DNA of 64,000 nt, taken from Ylistrum balloti (taxonomy: Eukaryota). This document shows positions 53,501-64,000 of this stretch, one piece after another. The stretch covers positions 1,426,001-1,490,000 of the forward strand of contig NW_026782199.1 of assembly GCF_031769215.1 (NCBI RefSeq). The letters run 5' to 3'. Positions within the stretch are counted from its first letter, which is position 1; the number at the start of each line of letters is the position of its first letter. The notes beneath the pieces are model-generated. The model ran no database searches. It had not been told where the DNA came from and was given only the letters and a program-made list of their open reading frames with translations. Both the position numbers and the translations under genes were made by a program.

Positions 53501-56500
53501 ACTTCATAACCCTACATTGTTAAGAGAATAATTTTTATCCATAATTGTGTTTTGTTTTTGTTTTTTTTTTACACGTATTGTAAAGGAAGTGAACGACTTC
53601 CGGTTTACTATTTTTGTTTTGTTGATGATGGTTCTTACTATGGAATGTCGATACAAGTTTTCATATCATGTTGTTTTTCTGATCTCGCCCGCACTGTTTT
53701 ATCAAAATGTCGAACCTGGTGTGTTTGGAACTCATTAATATTCGTAAGATTAGTGTTAAAAGATATTTGCAAAAAACTGTCCTTTGATAACACTGGCGTA
53801 CGGTAAACTTGATCAACTATGCACCGTTACCTCTCACTAAACACAGGTATCATAGATAAACTGTCTCTGCAATATACAAACCAGGTAGTTTTAAGTTAAC
53901 GCTTCAAAAGTGAGAGTTAAACAAAAAAAATACATTGTGGATTTTTTTTGTGAACTGTGACCCGATCTGACAATCTATCTGTGGTAACGACTCGGCTGTC
54001 AATCAACATTCCTAACTGGGAACCCATTGGCGGTGTACGGTCCGGCGATTATTACGTCCCTGGCTGGTTGTGATCTGACCTAGACTGACATAATGTTGTC
54101 GTTCTCCGTCACTTTGGAGCAGTACACCTCTATAAATCGATAAATCTGCCTTATTTGGACTTGTGAATTACATTAAAACTTTGTCCTCTTTTAAACGTTT
54201 TTTTACACTTAAATAGATTTTACAAATGTGATACTTTCTAAATATATTAACTTACCACTATATACCTTAATGGTGGAGCGGTAGGACATCAGAACGGCGA
54301 ATGAGCGGTCAAATACTGCACCACATGTCAAGTTGAAAAAAAAATTAGGGAACCAATGTCTATTGTAGGTGATTGGGCGAACACATCAAAATGATGAGTA
54401 GGCGAAAGGATAGGTGGATTGACGAATACATTAAGAGGATGAGTAGGCTACATGATGGGTGGATTGGAAGAATACATTAAGTTGATGAGTAAGCTACAGG
54501 ATGGGTGGATTGACGAATATATTAAGAGGATGAGTAGGTTACACGACGGGTAGGCTACAGGTGAGGTTACACGACGGGTGGTGGAATATATTAAGAGGAC
54601 GAGTAGGCTACAGGATGGGTGGATTGGACGAATACATTAAGAGGACGAGTAGGTTACAGTATGGGTGGATTGGACGAATACATTAAGAGGATGAGTAGGC
54701 TACAGGATGGGTGGATTGGACGAATACATTAAGAGGACGAGTAGGTTACACGACGGGTGGATTGGACGAATACATTAAGAGGACGAGTAGGCGACAGAAT
54801 GAGTGGATTGGACGAATACATCAAACTGATGAGTAGGTTACACGACGGGTGGATTGGACGAATACATTAAGAGGTCGAGTAGGTTACACGACGGGTGGAT
54901 TGGACGAATATATTAAGAGGATGAGTAGGTTACAGGATGGGTGGATTGACGAATACATTAAGAGGATGAGTAGGTTACAGGATGGGTGGATTGACGAATA
55001 CATTAAGTGAATGAGTAGGCGGCAGGATGGCTGGATTGGACGAATACATTAAGAGGACGAGTAGGCTACAGGATGAGTGGATTGGACGAATACATCAAAC
55101 TGATGAGTAGGTTACAAGATAGATGGATAGTTAGAGTATATCTATAAAGGCGAATAACCAGTAGCTCTGAAGGTAGATAACTATGATCGGTGACAGGATA
55201 TTGGTTAGAGATCTCGACAAGTGGAAAATTGGGGTTTATTGATCAGGAAATTTTACAGATCATTCTTCAGAATGAACTCATAGATCGGAATCAATGGTTC
55301 GATACCTCACTAGTTTTGGCTGAATAGGTTAACTATCCGCCTGATCAAGGGCATTGTGTGTCTGCTGATTCTGCGATCGCCATGAAACCACACAAACAGA
55401 AGTTGATCAGACGACAGGTCCCCAACAGCATAAACAATCGATAATTAACCGAGCGGAACGTTAAATATGTACGAGTATCAACTAATTATGATAAGCGACT
55501 GTGGTAAGATCAAAATAGCGCATCACACGGACAGAGAATTTCATATTTTAAAATGGTTTCGCTTTGATAAACATACCGTGTCGATGGGAGCGTAAAAATA
55601 CGTTAAACATATCTGAAACACTCAAAATAGAAGTTACTTTCAGTTGATATTGGTGTGACAGATCAAATCATACCTGATATAGTGAATAAAAAGAAACCCC
55701 TTAATATATTAAATCGTCATTTCAGTATAGTCATGATGAAACGTTATTCTGTGTGTAAGCTTTAAAACGAGTGTCAAGCTTAAAAATACCAGGGATAGTT
55801 TAATGTTGGTTTCACTTTCGATTAGAAAGAGAAGGTCGTTTTCTCATTTGCAGTCTGATTATTTCTATCAAATTTCATTTCAAGTCCATAATTCTGGAGA
55901 GTTCGTGTACTGGATATTTCTGATGCCAAGGAAACGATGTGTATTCGAACGGTTGCAAGTTTGTACCCCATGGAAACCAGGTTCATTCTAACGACAAGGG
56001 TTAACCTTTCGCTGCACAGTTCTATTTTTCAACTAATCTGAGCCAGTTCCGTGTTTTCTTACATACCAATGGGGGGTAAAATCGCACCTTAATTCTTCAT
56101 TAATCTGACTCGCAGAGCCTGCCATCTCTCCCCACCTAGAAACGCCAGCGTTTTAGAGAATTTGTTAATGCGTGCTGCACATCTTCTGAAGTATTTCGTC
56201 GCCATCTTTCCTGACAATTGACAAGCCATCAATTTAGATGAACCGCGGACTTGTAATTCATTGTTCTAATGTTTCACCGACCTATTATTGTAACGTGTCC
56301 CTGTGTCTTAAACAGTCGCTGTTTAAGTCGATTCTCACACACAGGTACTTACATATAATTCATTGTTTGATTATTAAGGTGCCTGTGGTCGTGGTACTGT
56401 GGAAGTCTGGGAGTAAGCATCATGGTAGTCAGATCGAGGACGTCCTAGCTTTAATTTGGTGGTGTACTTCACCGTATCTCTGTATAACATAACAACTTAT

Positions 56501-59500
56501 TAACTGTCTGACGTTCTGCATCACACAGAAATGTGTTAATCATCTATCTTGTCTAGATTTCACACACAAAACTTCAAAGGACCGTAAAGCCGCCCGTAGG
56601 CTTTTCTCCACGTAGATGTAGGGACAGAGATTATGTGTTCTAAGTAACCTCGTACGAACAACGAATACTTAAAAGTGTAACGTCTGTGTAAAATAATCCC
56701 GGATGTTTTTATTTTTTTCATTTTCGAATCATCAGTTTTACTACGAAACTTAGACTTCACTTTGTACCAGACCAACCTGTTTGGTGCTACTTTTAAGTTA
56801 TTTTTGTTGTAACTTGTTGATACACGTTGCACAGTACTTATCACAGTTCTCTCAAACTTGGCCAGTGGGAGAGTGACACAGCTGTCAAGTCAGAAGAAAA
56901 TGACCAATTTTGACACAGTGCCATGGCGATTTCACGATTTATAACCAGAAATAAACCACCTGGCACATTATAGCAGGATAGGTCGGGGAATGTTGTGTCG
57001 TATGACAGAATAATACACTTTCACATCATTGCCCCTTTGGTGTTTGTCAACAGAAAATTTTGTTTATGGTAAATATACTGTGTAGTTATGGTGTCAGTGA
57101 CCACTAGATAAACCAAAGGAAATCTTTTGTCGAGGAATGGCCTATGTATATAGTGTAAATATCAGTGATGGGGTTTGTAAATAGCCCTTCACCATGTCAT
57201 AGTCTCAAGCCTTTGATCACTTTAGTCAGGCTTTGGTCATTTCTGTGGACCACTGCCCACTTTGGTATTTATGTCCAGCAACATTTATAGTGACAGGATG
57301 AAAAACAACATCAGTGATGTAACTGTAGACTGGTGATCTGTAAGGCAGGTTTAGCTGGTTATATATAGGTGTTAACTGTAGACTGGTGATCTGTAAGGCA
57401 GGTTTAACTGGTTTTATATAGGTGGTAACTAGACTGGTGATTTCTAAGGCAGGTTTAACTGGTTATATATAGGTGGTAACTAGACTGGTGATCTCTAGGG
57501 CAGGTTTAACTGGTTATATATAGGTGGTAACTAGACTGGTGATCTCTAAGGCAGGTTTGACTGGTTATATATAGGTGGTAACTAGACTGGTGATTTCTAA
57601 GGCATGTTTAACTGGTTATATATAGGTGTTAACTGTATACTGTGATCTCTGAGGCAGGTTTCACTGTTTATATATAGGTGGTAACTACACTGGTGATCTG
57701 TAAGGCAGGTTTAACTGGTTATATATAGGTGGTAACTAGACTGGTGATTTCTAAGGCAGGTTTGACTGGTTATATATAGGTGTTAACTGTAGACTGGTGA
57801 TTTCTAAGGCAGGTTTAACTGGTTATATATAGGTGTTAACTGTAGACTGGTGATCTCTGAGGCAGGTTTAACTGGTTTTATATAGGTGGTAACTGAGACT
57901 GGTGATCTCTGAGGCAGGTTTAACTGGTTATATATAGGTGTTAACTGTAGACTGGTGATCTGTAAGGCAGGTTTAACTGGTTATATATAGGTGGTAACTG
58001 AGACTGGTGATCTCTGAGGCAGGTTTAACTGGTTATATTTAGGTGTTAACTGTAGACTGGTGATCTGTAAGGCAGGTTTAACTGGTTTTATATAGGTGGT
58101 AACTAGACTGGTGATTTCTAAGGCAGTTTTAAATGGTTATATATAGGTGGTAACTGTAGACTGTGATCTCTAAGGTAGGTTTAACCTGTTATATATAGGT
58201 GTTACATTTAGACAGGTGATTTCAGCACAGCTTTGCATTGCTGGGTCGTTATTAGTGAGTTTTGGCTGTAGACAGGTTTGTATTCATACATTTCCCTCTG
58301 CAGTCTATATTTGTTAAACAAATACACGGTTGTCATTTCTACAAATAGAACATATATATCTCAGGACCATGTGAATTATCATGTACATTCTATCTCAAAG
58401 ATCGTTTGGAGTAGACACAAATATTGACTGACATTTTGAACACTGTAATGGCTATTTGATCCAAGTACTCCAAATATTTAGATAAAAGGGTAAAAATCTG
58501 ACCTATTTCTGTTATGCTACAAGTAAATAATAAAGACTTGTGACCTTTAGTGTAGAAGGTGTTATACATTGTGTAAGCATAGAGGTTACATACTTGACAA
58601 TCACCATAGCAATATTCTTCTTTCTTAATCAATGTAGGAATATATGAAATTCCTTCAAAAGTTTCATTGAATATGATATTTAGTTATTCTAAATGAATTC
58701 AGACACATTTCTTATAATTTTCTATACTTGTCAGGACATTTTTGTTGTATGATAGACGAGGTAGTAAAATGTTTGTTTTGATATATAAGGTTATGGATTC
58801 AATTCTTTTGCCCACAAGTTGTATAACATATTTTGACATAATGAACTTATTTGGTTCTGTAATTTGTACTACCATATTGCTGTTTGACTTAGGAAGGCAT
58901 TTAATGCCAATCAGGTAATGAAAACTAAATCAGTGTAAAAGAATAATGATGGAGATTACTCGTATTTTACTGACAAATTTCTGCTGTTCAGAAATTTACA
59001 GGTTTTACAGAGAATATCTTATTTCTCTTTGTGGAATGTTACGTTTTATTTAAATGTTTCCATATGTACAGAACCAAAATATAAACACAATGAACTTCTG
59101 GTAATAGATACAGAGGTTTGTGGTAAGGGATACAGAGGTTTGTGGTAAGAGATACAGAGGTTTGTGGTAAGAGATACAGAGGTTTGTGGTGAGAGATACA
59201 GAGGTTTGTGGTAATAGATACAGAGGTTTGTGGTAAGAGATACAGAGGTTTGTGGTAATAGATACAGAGGTTTGTGGTAAGAGATACAGAGGTTTGTGTT
59301 AAGAGATACAGAGGTTTGTGGTAAGAGATACAGAGGTTTGTGGTAAGAGATACAGAGGTTTGTGGTAAGAGATACAGAGGTTTGTGGTAAGAGATCCAGA
59401 GTTCGTGGTAGGTTTGTGGTAAGAGATACAGAGGTTTGTGATGAGAGATACAGAGGTTTGTGGTAAGAGATACAGAGGTTTGTGGTAAGAGATACAGAGG

Positions 59501-62437
59501 TTTGTGGTAAGAGATACAGAGGTTTGTGATGAGAGATACAGAGGTTTGTGGTAAGGGATACAGAGGTTTGTGATGAGAGATACACAGAGGTTTGTGGTAA
59601 GAGATACAGAGGTTTGTGTTAAGGGATACAGAGGTTTGTGGTAAGGGATACAGAGGTTTGTGGTAATAGATACAGAGGTTTGTGGTAAGGGATACAGAGG
59701 TTTGTGGTAATAGATACAGAGGTTTGTGTTAAGAGATACAGAGGTTTGTGGTCAGAGATACAGAGGTTTGTGATGAGAGATACAGAGGTTTGTGATGAGA
59801 GATACACAGAGGTTTGTGTTAAGAGATCCAGAGTTCGTGGTAAGAGATACAGAGGTTTGTGGTAAGAGATACAGAGGTTTGTGTTAAGAGATACAGAGGT
59901 TTGTGTTAAGAGATACAGAGGTTTGTGGTAATAGATACAGAGGTTTGTGGTAAGAGATACAGAGGTTTGTGTTAAGAGATACAGAGGTTTGTGTTAAGAG
60001 ATACAGGGGTTTGTGGTAATAGATACAGAGGTTTGTGTTAAGAGATACAGAGGTTTGTGGTAATAGATACAGAGGTTTGTGGTAAGAGATACAGAGGTTT
60101 GTGTTAAGAGATACAGAGGTTTGTGTTAAGAGATACAGAGGTTTGTGGTAAGAGATACAGAGGTTTGTGGTAAGAGATACAGAGGTTTGTGGTAAGAGAT
60201 ACAGAGGTTTGTGGTAAGAGATACAGAGGTTTGTGGTAAGAGATACAGAGGTTTGTGTTAAGAGATACAGAGGTTTGTGTTAAGAGATACACAGAGGTTT
60301 GTGGTAAGAGATACAGGGGTTTGTGGTCAGAGATACAGAGGTTTGTGGTAAGAGACGCAGGTTTGTGATGAGAGATATAGAGGTTTGTGGTAAGGGATAC
60401 AGAAGTTTATAAAAATAGAACTGAAGCTTAGTTATAGTGATGGAGTTTTTGGATTGTATATAGATTGGGATATCACAATGTGGTCACAAGAATTGCTGTA
60501 CACCTTCGTTTAAATTTGCAATGGAAATATTTTTTTTCTTTGAGAAATAAATATAATTGAATAATATTGTCCCAAACTAGCATCCTTTCTGTTACTTAAC
60601 ACATAAATTGAGAATAATTTTTGACAGAAAATCATACGGAATGTGGAAAATTGGACAAACCTGTATCATATGGATTTGAGAATTTGAGACATATTTTATC
60701 TTCCTGTTGTCCAATGTGTCATCCGTGATTGATGATTCAGCCACTTTGTAGGGTGCTGGCAGCAATACAAAGCTGTGACATCAACCGTTGTAATTTTTGT
60801 ACTTGCCAAAAACATTGATTTATATGTAATATGTACAATATCCCTTTGTGAGCCCCATATAGATTTAATTACTCATTTTTCTTAATTACTGTTTGGTCTT
60901 GTTTCACAGGTGGCTGTCTATAGGTGTTTCAATATATATTATCCATTATGTCTAGCGGAACAAACAAAATCTCAATACCTTAGGACATACATGTACAAAA
61001 CATCTACATACATATACATACATATGACACCTGTGTTACAATGTGTGTACTCTGCATATGTACCTTAATCCCAGGGTTATCTAGTTCAGTTTGCATAAGA
61101 TTTTAATAACCAGTTTTAGCTGTCTATAAAATCATCTTAAAATGACATAGGAATAAAAATAAGGTAGAGATGACTAAGGAATGAGAATAAGGTGGTTGGG
61201 GTGGGGGTAGGGTAGGAGGTGGGTGGTGGGTGGATGGAGTTGGTTGACTGAGTGAAATTGTGTGAATGGATAGATGTTGGGACGAGTGGATCAAGTTTTC
61301 AAGGGGAGTTTGATGTAGTATGAAGAGTGGGTAGAGCTCTCAAATTGAGTGTCGGGAGTGGATGAAGTTGGTAGACTAATTGTTTAAGTATTAATAGAAT
61401 CTTCCCTTACCCTGAGGGTGTGATAGAGAAATCTCCAACCCGAGGGGTGATTTTTGTTGTTGTCTAACCCGAGTCTCTCCCACCCCATTATTTCTGCCAC
61501 GACGTCAAAAAAAAAAAAAAAAATCCCATGGTACAAGTGTCTGAATGGCGCATGAATATCTCCATTCACGTTTCCAAAATTCTACATTCTTCCATGAGAG
61601 CAAAATGACAAACTATAAACGCAATATGAATAACCATTAGAAATATTAATTTTGTGGAAATTAAATATTTTAATTAGAGATAGATACATGGAAATACTTG
61701 TATTGAAAAACATTTAACTCTGTATCATTTATTAAGGTAGGGTAGGCTTGCCGCGATGTCATGGACAAAAAAGGGATTTCCCAGTTTATAATGACGTCAA
61801 TTGTTGATGCGCGCGAAAAATTGCAATGGTGTGTGAGTGTCACGTGTGTGTTCATTCAGAATCAGAGTCATAGATGATCCTCCGACGTTTATTTGTGTTC
61901 ACTTGACAAGGATTGTTATAGTTAATGTTAACTGTGATGTTACAGTCGCGCATTACGGAACCTGCAAACAAGGCATCCACTCGTCGGTTTGAGTAAGTTG
62001 TGATAGCCGACTGAGGTCACCGAGTGCAGTCATGTGGGATAGATTTATCCTCCATGGGTGTTCCACATGGGACATGTCTATCCTACATGGGCAGAGGTGG
62101 GAGAAACAGCATTTCCCTCATATTCATGACAGATATGCATACAAAGTTATTGATATGAAATTTCTAATTTGTATTAATGATTAACTGTTGTTTACCTGTG
62201 TTTCAGTACAAGAAGCGTAAGAATGTGTTGCTGGATGCTCAAAAGCGATTGGAAGAGGAACATCGTAGGGAGGAGGATTTGCTGCTCGAACAGATTACTC
62301 AGAATCGTCGTCAGGAGATCCGCAGAATCTCGGACGAACTCAACATGGAATGGCAAGTCAAACTCAAGGATCTTACTGAGAAATTTGAACGAGAAATGGA
62401 CAAGAAGAAAAAGAAAATAAAGGACAGTGAAAAAAAG
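44598..62437 (+). CDS. Hil: Hillarin-like protein (N-terminal LIM domain and coiled coil), 5' part only; the C-terminal transglutaminase-like domain is expected beyond the window
   Basis: Exon 44598-45194 (199 codons; LIM CYRC..HKNCFKCFVC..DKEVYCNTH; ends HHYPPNI, donor GTAAGT) joins in phase 0 to exon 62207-62437 (YKKRKNVLLDAQKRLEEEHRREED..EWQVKLKDLTEKFEREM.., donor GTAAAA) across a 17-kb intron. DKEVYC..H followed by an EAQKxLE-type coiled coil matches the hillarin family as I recall it. Confidence 0.86.
45181..45590 (+). repeat. Degenerate tandem repeat (about 8 units, 38-81 bp) containing the hillarin exon end and splice donor
   Basis: CCCAACATAGTAAGTATCTTAAC..TACACTGGTGAAC..C-run recurs; donor-like GT at 45195, 45276, 45314, 45377, 45431, 45481, 45530 and 45577. 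Confidence 0.85.
47128..48006. repeat. Adjacent related 39-bp and 40-bp minisatellites in the hillarin intron
   Basis: GATACACGTATAGTGGTAAATACACGCATAGCTTCAATA (about 47128-47515), then GATACACGTGTTGTGGTAAGATTCACTTACAGCTTCATTA (13 units, about 47514-48006, with some 38-bp variants). Confidence 0.96.
52659..52881. promoter_or_regulatory. Cluster of five ETS-like CTTCCGGTT motifs in a degenerate 30-32-bp repeat
   Basis: CTTCCGGTT at 52659, 52779, 52811, 52843 and 52873. Confidence 0.45.
54392..55125. repeat. About 46-bp G-rich minisatellite (about 16 copies)
   Basis: Unit GAGGATGAGTAGGCTACAGGATGGGTGGATTGGACGAATACATTAA (e.g. 54661 to 54707). Confidence 0.95.
57322..58220. repeat. 51-53-bp minisatellite (about 17 copies)
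   Basis: Unit AGGCAGGTTTAACTGGTTATATATAGGTGGTAACTAGACTGGTGATTTCTA, with ACTGTAGA/ACTGAGA length variants. Confidence 0.95.
59098..60405. repeat. 22-bp minisatellite (roughly 59 copies)
   Basis: Unit GAGATACAGAGGTTTGTGGTAA; the minus-strand ORFs repeat every 22 aa. Confidence 0.98.
61430..62030 (+). promoter_or_regulatory. CpG-rich promoter-like island upstream of the hillarin coiled-coil exon
   Basis: Local CpG enrichment, CRE TGACGTCA 61792-61799, E2F-type GCGCGAAA 61811-61818, and donor GA|GTAAGT at 61992/61993. Confidence 0.4.
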
Positions 62438-64000
62438 GTAAAAAAAAATTGTAGAATATGAAGTTTTAAGGTTATAACCTTGGCTTTGAAGGCAGTAAAG
62501 TTTGTTTTATAGAGTCTGATACTTTGTATCAGTAGAACATCATTATGTCTTATGACTATGAGTGTTAAAATCTCTTCATCAACAGGAGAAAATGGAAAAG
62601 AAGGGCAGGCCATTACTGATAACTGTTGAAAAGTTCAAAATAATCAAATTTAGATAAACAGGGTTGGTACTTTCGGTGTAGATAAATAGCTGGTCATATT
62701 CATGGCAGATTTAATTATGCTTAGTTCACAGTCATTAGAGATAATGTGAAATTAGATACCATGCAATTAAGTTTATATTCAAATATCAGAAAATGTGTCC
62801 AATATATGGACATGCTTTCCTGTTATCCCTGCAATTGAGATCAGAAGGGGAAAATGTAACACCATATAATTGTTTTCTAATACCTAAGTGTCACATCTAA
62901 ACACATGGAAACTATATATAACCTGTATATAGTTTTATTAAGCACAGCTCTTTTGTGTTTCCTTTAAGCACACAGAGCTCTTATTACATGGTATATTGAT
63001 GAAATGAAATTGATATGAGGTGTTGATTCACTCAAACAGATCCAAAATCATTGGACTTGCACATACACAAATGCTTTAACAGTTAATGTAAGATTTACAT
63101 TAAACAGATCTTGTTGATCACCAACAAATGAGCTCCATGAACTGTTTCATATAGATTTTCTCCCGCAGTAGAATCAGGAAATTGAAAGAATCTTTGACCT
63201 TATTTAGCTGAAAATAAATAAACCTTCTGGCTACTGTACAACTGTCACACCATGTAGTAATCAATGTCCATATGGACCTGAACTTAGAAAACAGTTTGGG
63301 TTTGTACGTTAACACAAGATGGATGGTATTTGGGTAGTACTAGACCGAACACATGTGTCTATAAAAGTGTTTATTAAAAGGATACGTGAGTGAATTAATG
63401 TTTAAATCAATAAGCATAATACATAAAATTGTACATGAAAACTAGACTGTAGTGAAACAGGTATTAGATCTATGAGAATGTGTACTAAACTACAATATAT
63501 ATTCATCAACAAGCCCATGCTTGGTAATAAGCCCGTCCTTGTCTATTGCTGATCCGTAGAGTTCAAGACCTGCTTTTCATTGTTCTGCAATAAGTCCATC
63601 CCCTAAACTTAAACTTGAACTATGATATGTATGTTGGTCACCTGGGTTTTTTTTATGATAATACGGAACAAGACTTTCTACCTAGACATCTGAGAGGAAA
63701 TTAGAAAAATTCAGATGGAAGACATGAACGGACACCGACAAACAATCTGTATAAAGAAGTTCAGGAGGTCATGCTTAGCCAATGATGTTGGTCGATGTAT
63801 TTTCATTCTTGTAGATAATTTTCCTGGACTCATATTTATGACAGTATTAAGTTGAGTGATTGACAAACATTTTTTGGTAACATTTATATATATTTTACTT
63901 TCAGTAACACAATAGACTTTGAGTATCAAAATTTAGCAAACAAAATTGTTCAATATGCAGTGTAGATGGGACGATGAGCAGATGTAACCAATTATCTTAT

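Noticed and set aside
55200-55310. Possible tRNA-derived SINE head (TGGTTAGAG..GGTTCGATACC)
   Set aside because: The box spacing is too long (about 90 nt) and no cloverleaf or tail is seen.
59046-60292. Minus-strand repetitive ORFs up to 179 aa
   Set aside because: They are translations of the 22-bp minisatellite.

Overview
AT-rich eukaryotic (animal) genomic DNA, most likely a bivalve mollusc (inferred from intron-rich genes, repeat types and CpG mosaicism). No prokaryotic features, RNA genes or CRISPR arrays were found. Five protein-coding genes were reconstructed by hand from GT-AG junctions with consistent phases: the first two exons of a TRIC/TMEM38 cation channel (minus, continues off the left edge); a complete TTC33 (minus, 4 coding exons, 258 aa); a complete host PIF1 helicase (plus, 10 coding exons, 623 aa) head-to-head with TTC33; a complete GPR157-like 7TM receptor (minus, 4 coding exons, about 367 aa); and the first two coding exons of a hillarin-like LIM/coiled-coil gene (plus, 17-kb intron, continues off the right edge). 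Decayed mobile elements include a mariner fragment, a near-full-length CR1-type LINE, a Penelope-like RT fragment and HINE/MITE-like remnants, and there are about ten minisatellite arrays. I see no clearly new multi-gene system. The most interesting oddities are a minisatellite built from the hillarin splice donor (with one in-frame alternative donor), a CpG-rich promoter-like island deep in the hillarin intron, a branched foldback element in the PIF1 5' intron, an E-box array, and a sharp CpG-depletion footprint over the housekeeping genes. All coordinates and counts were read by eye.
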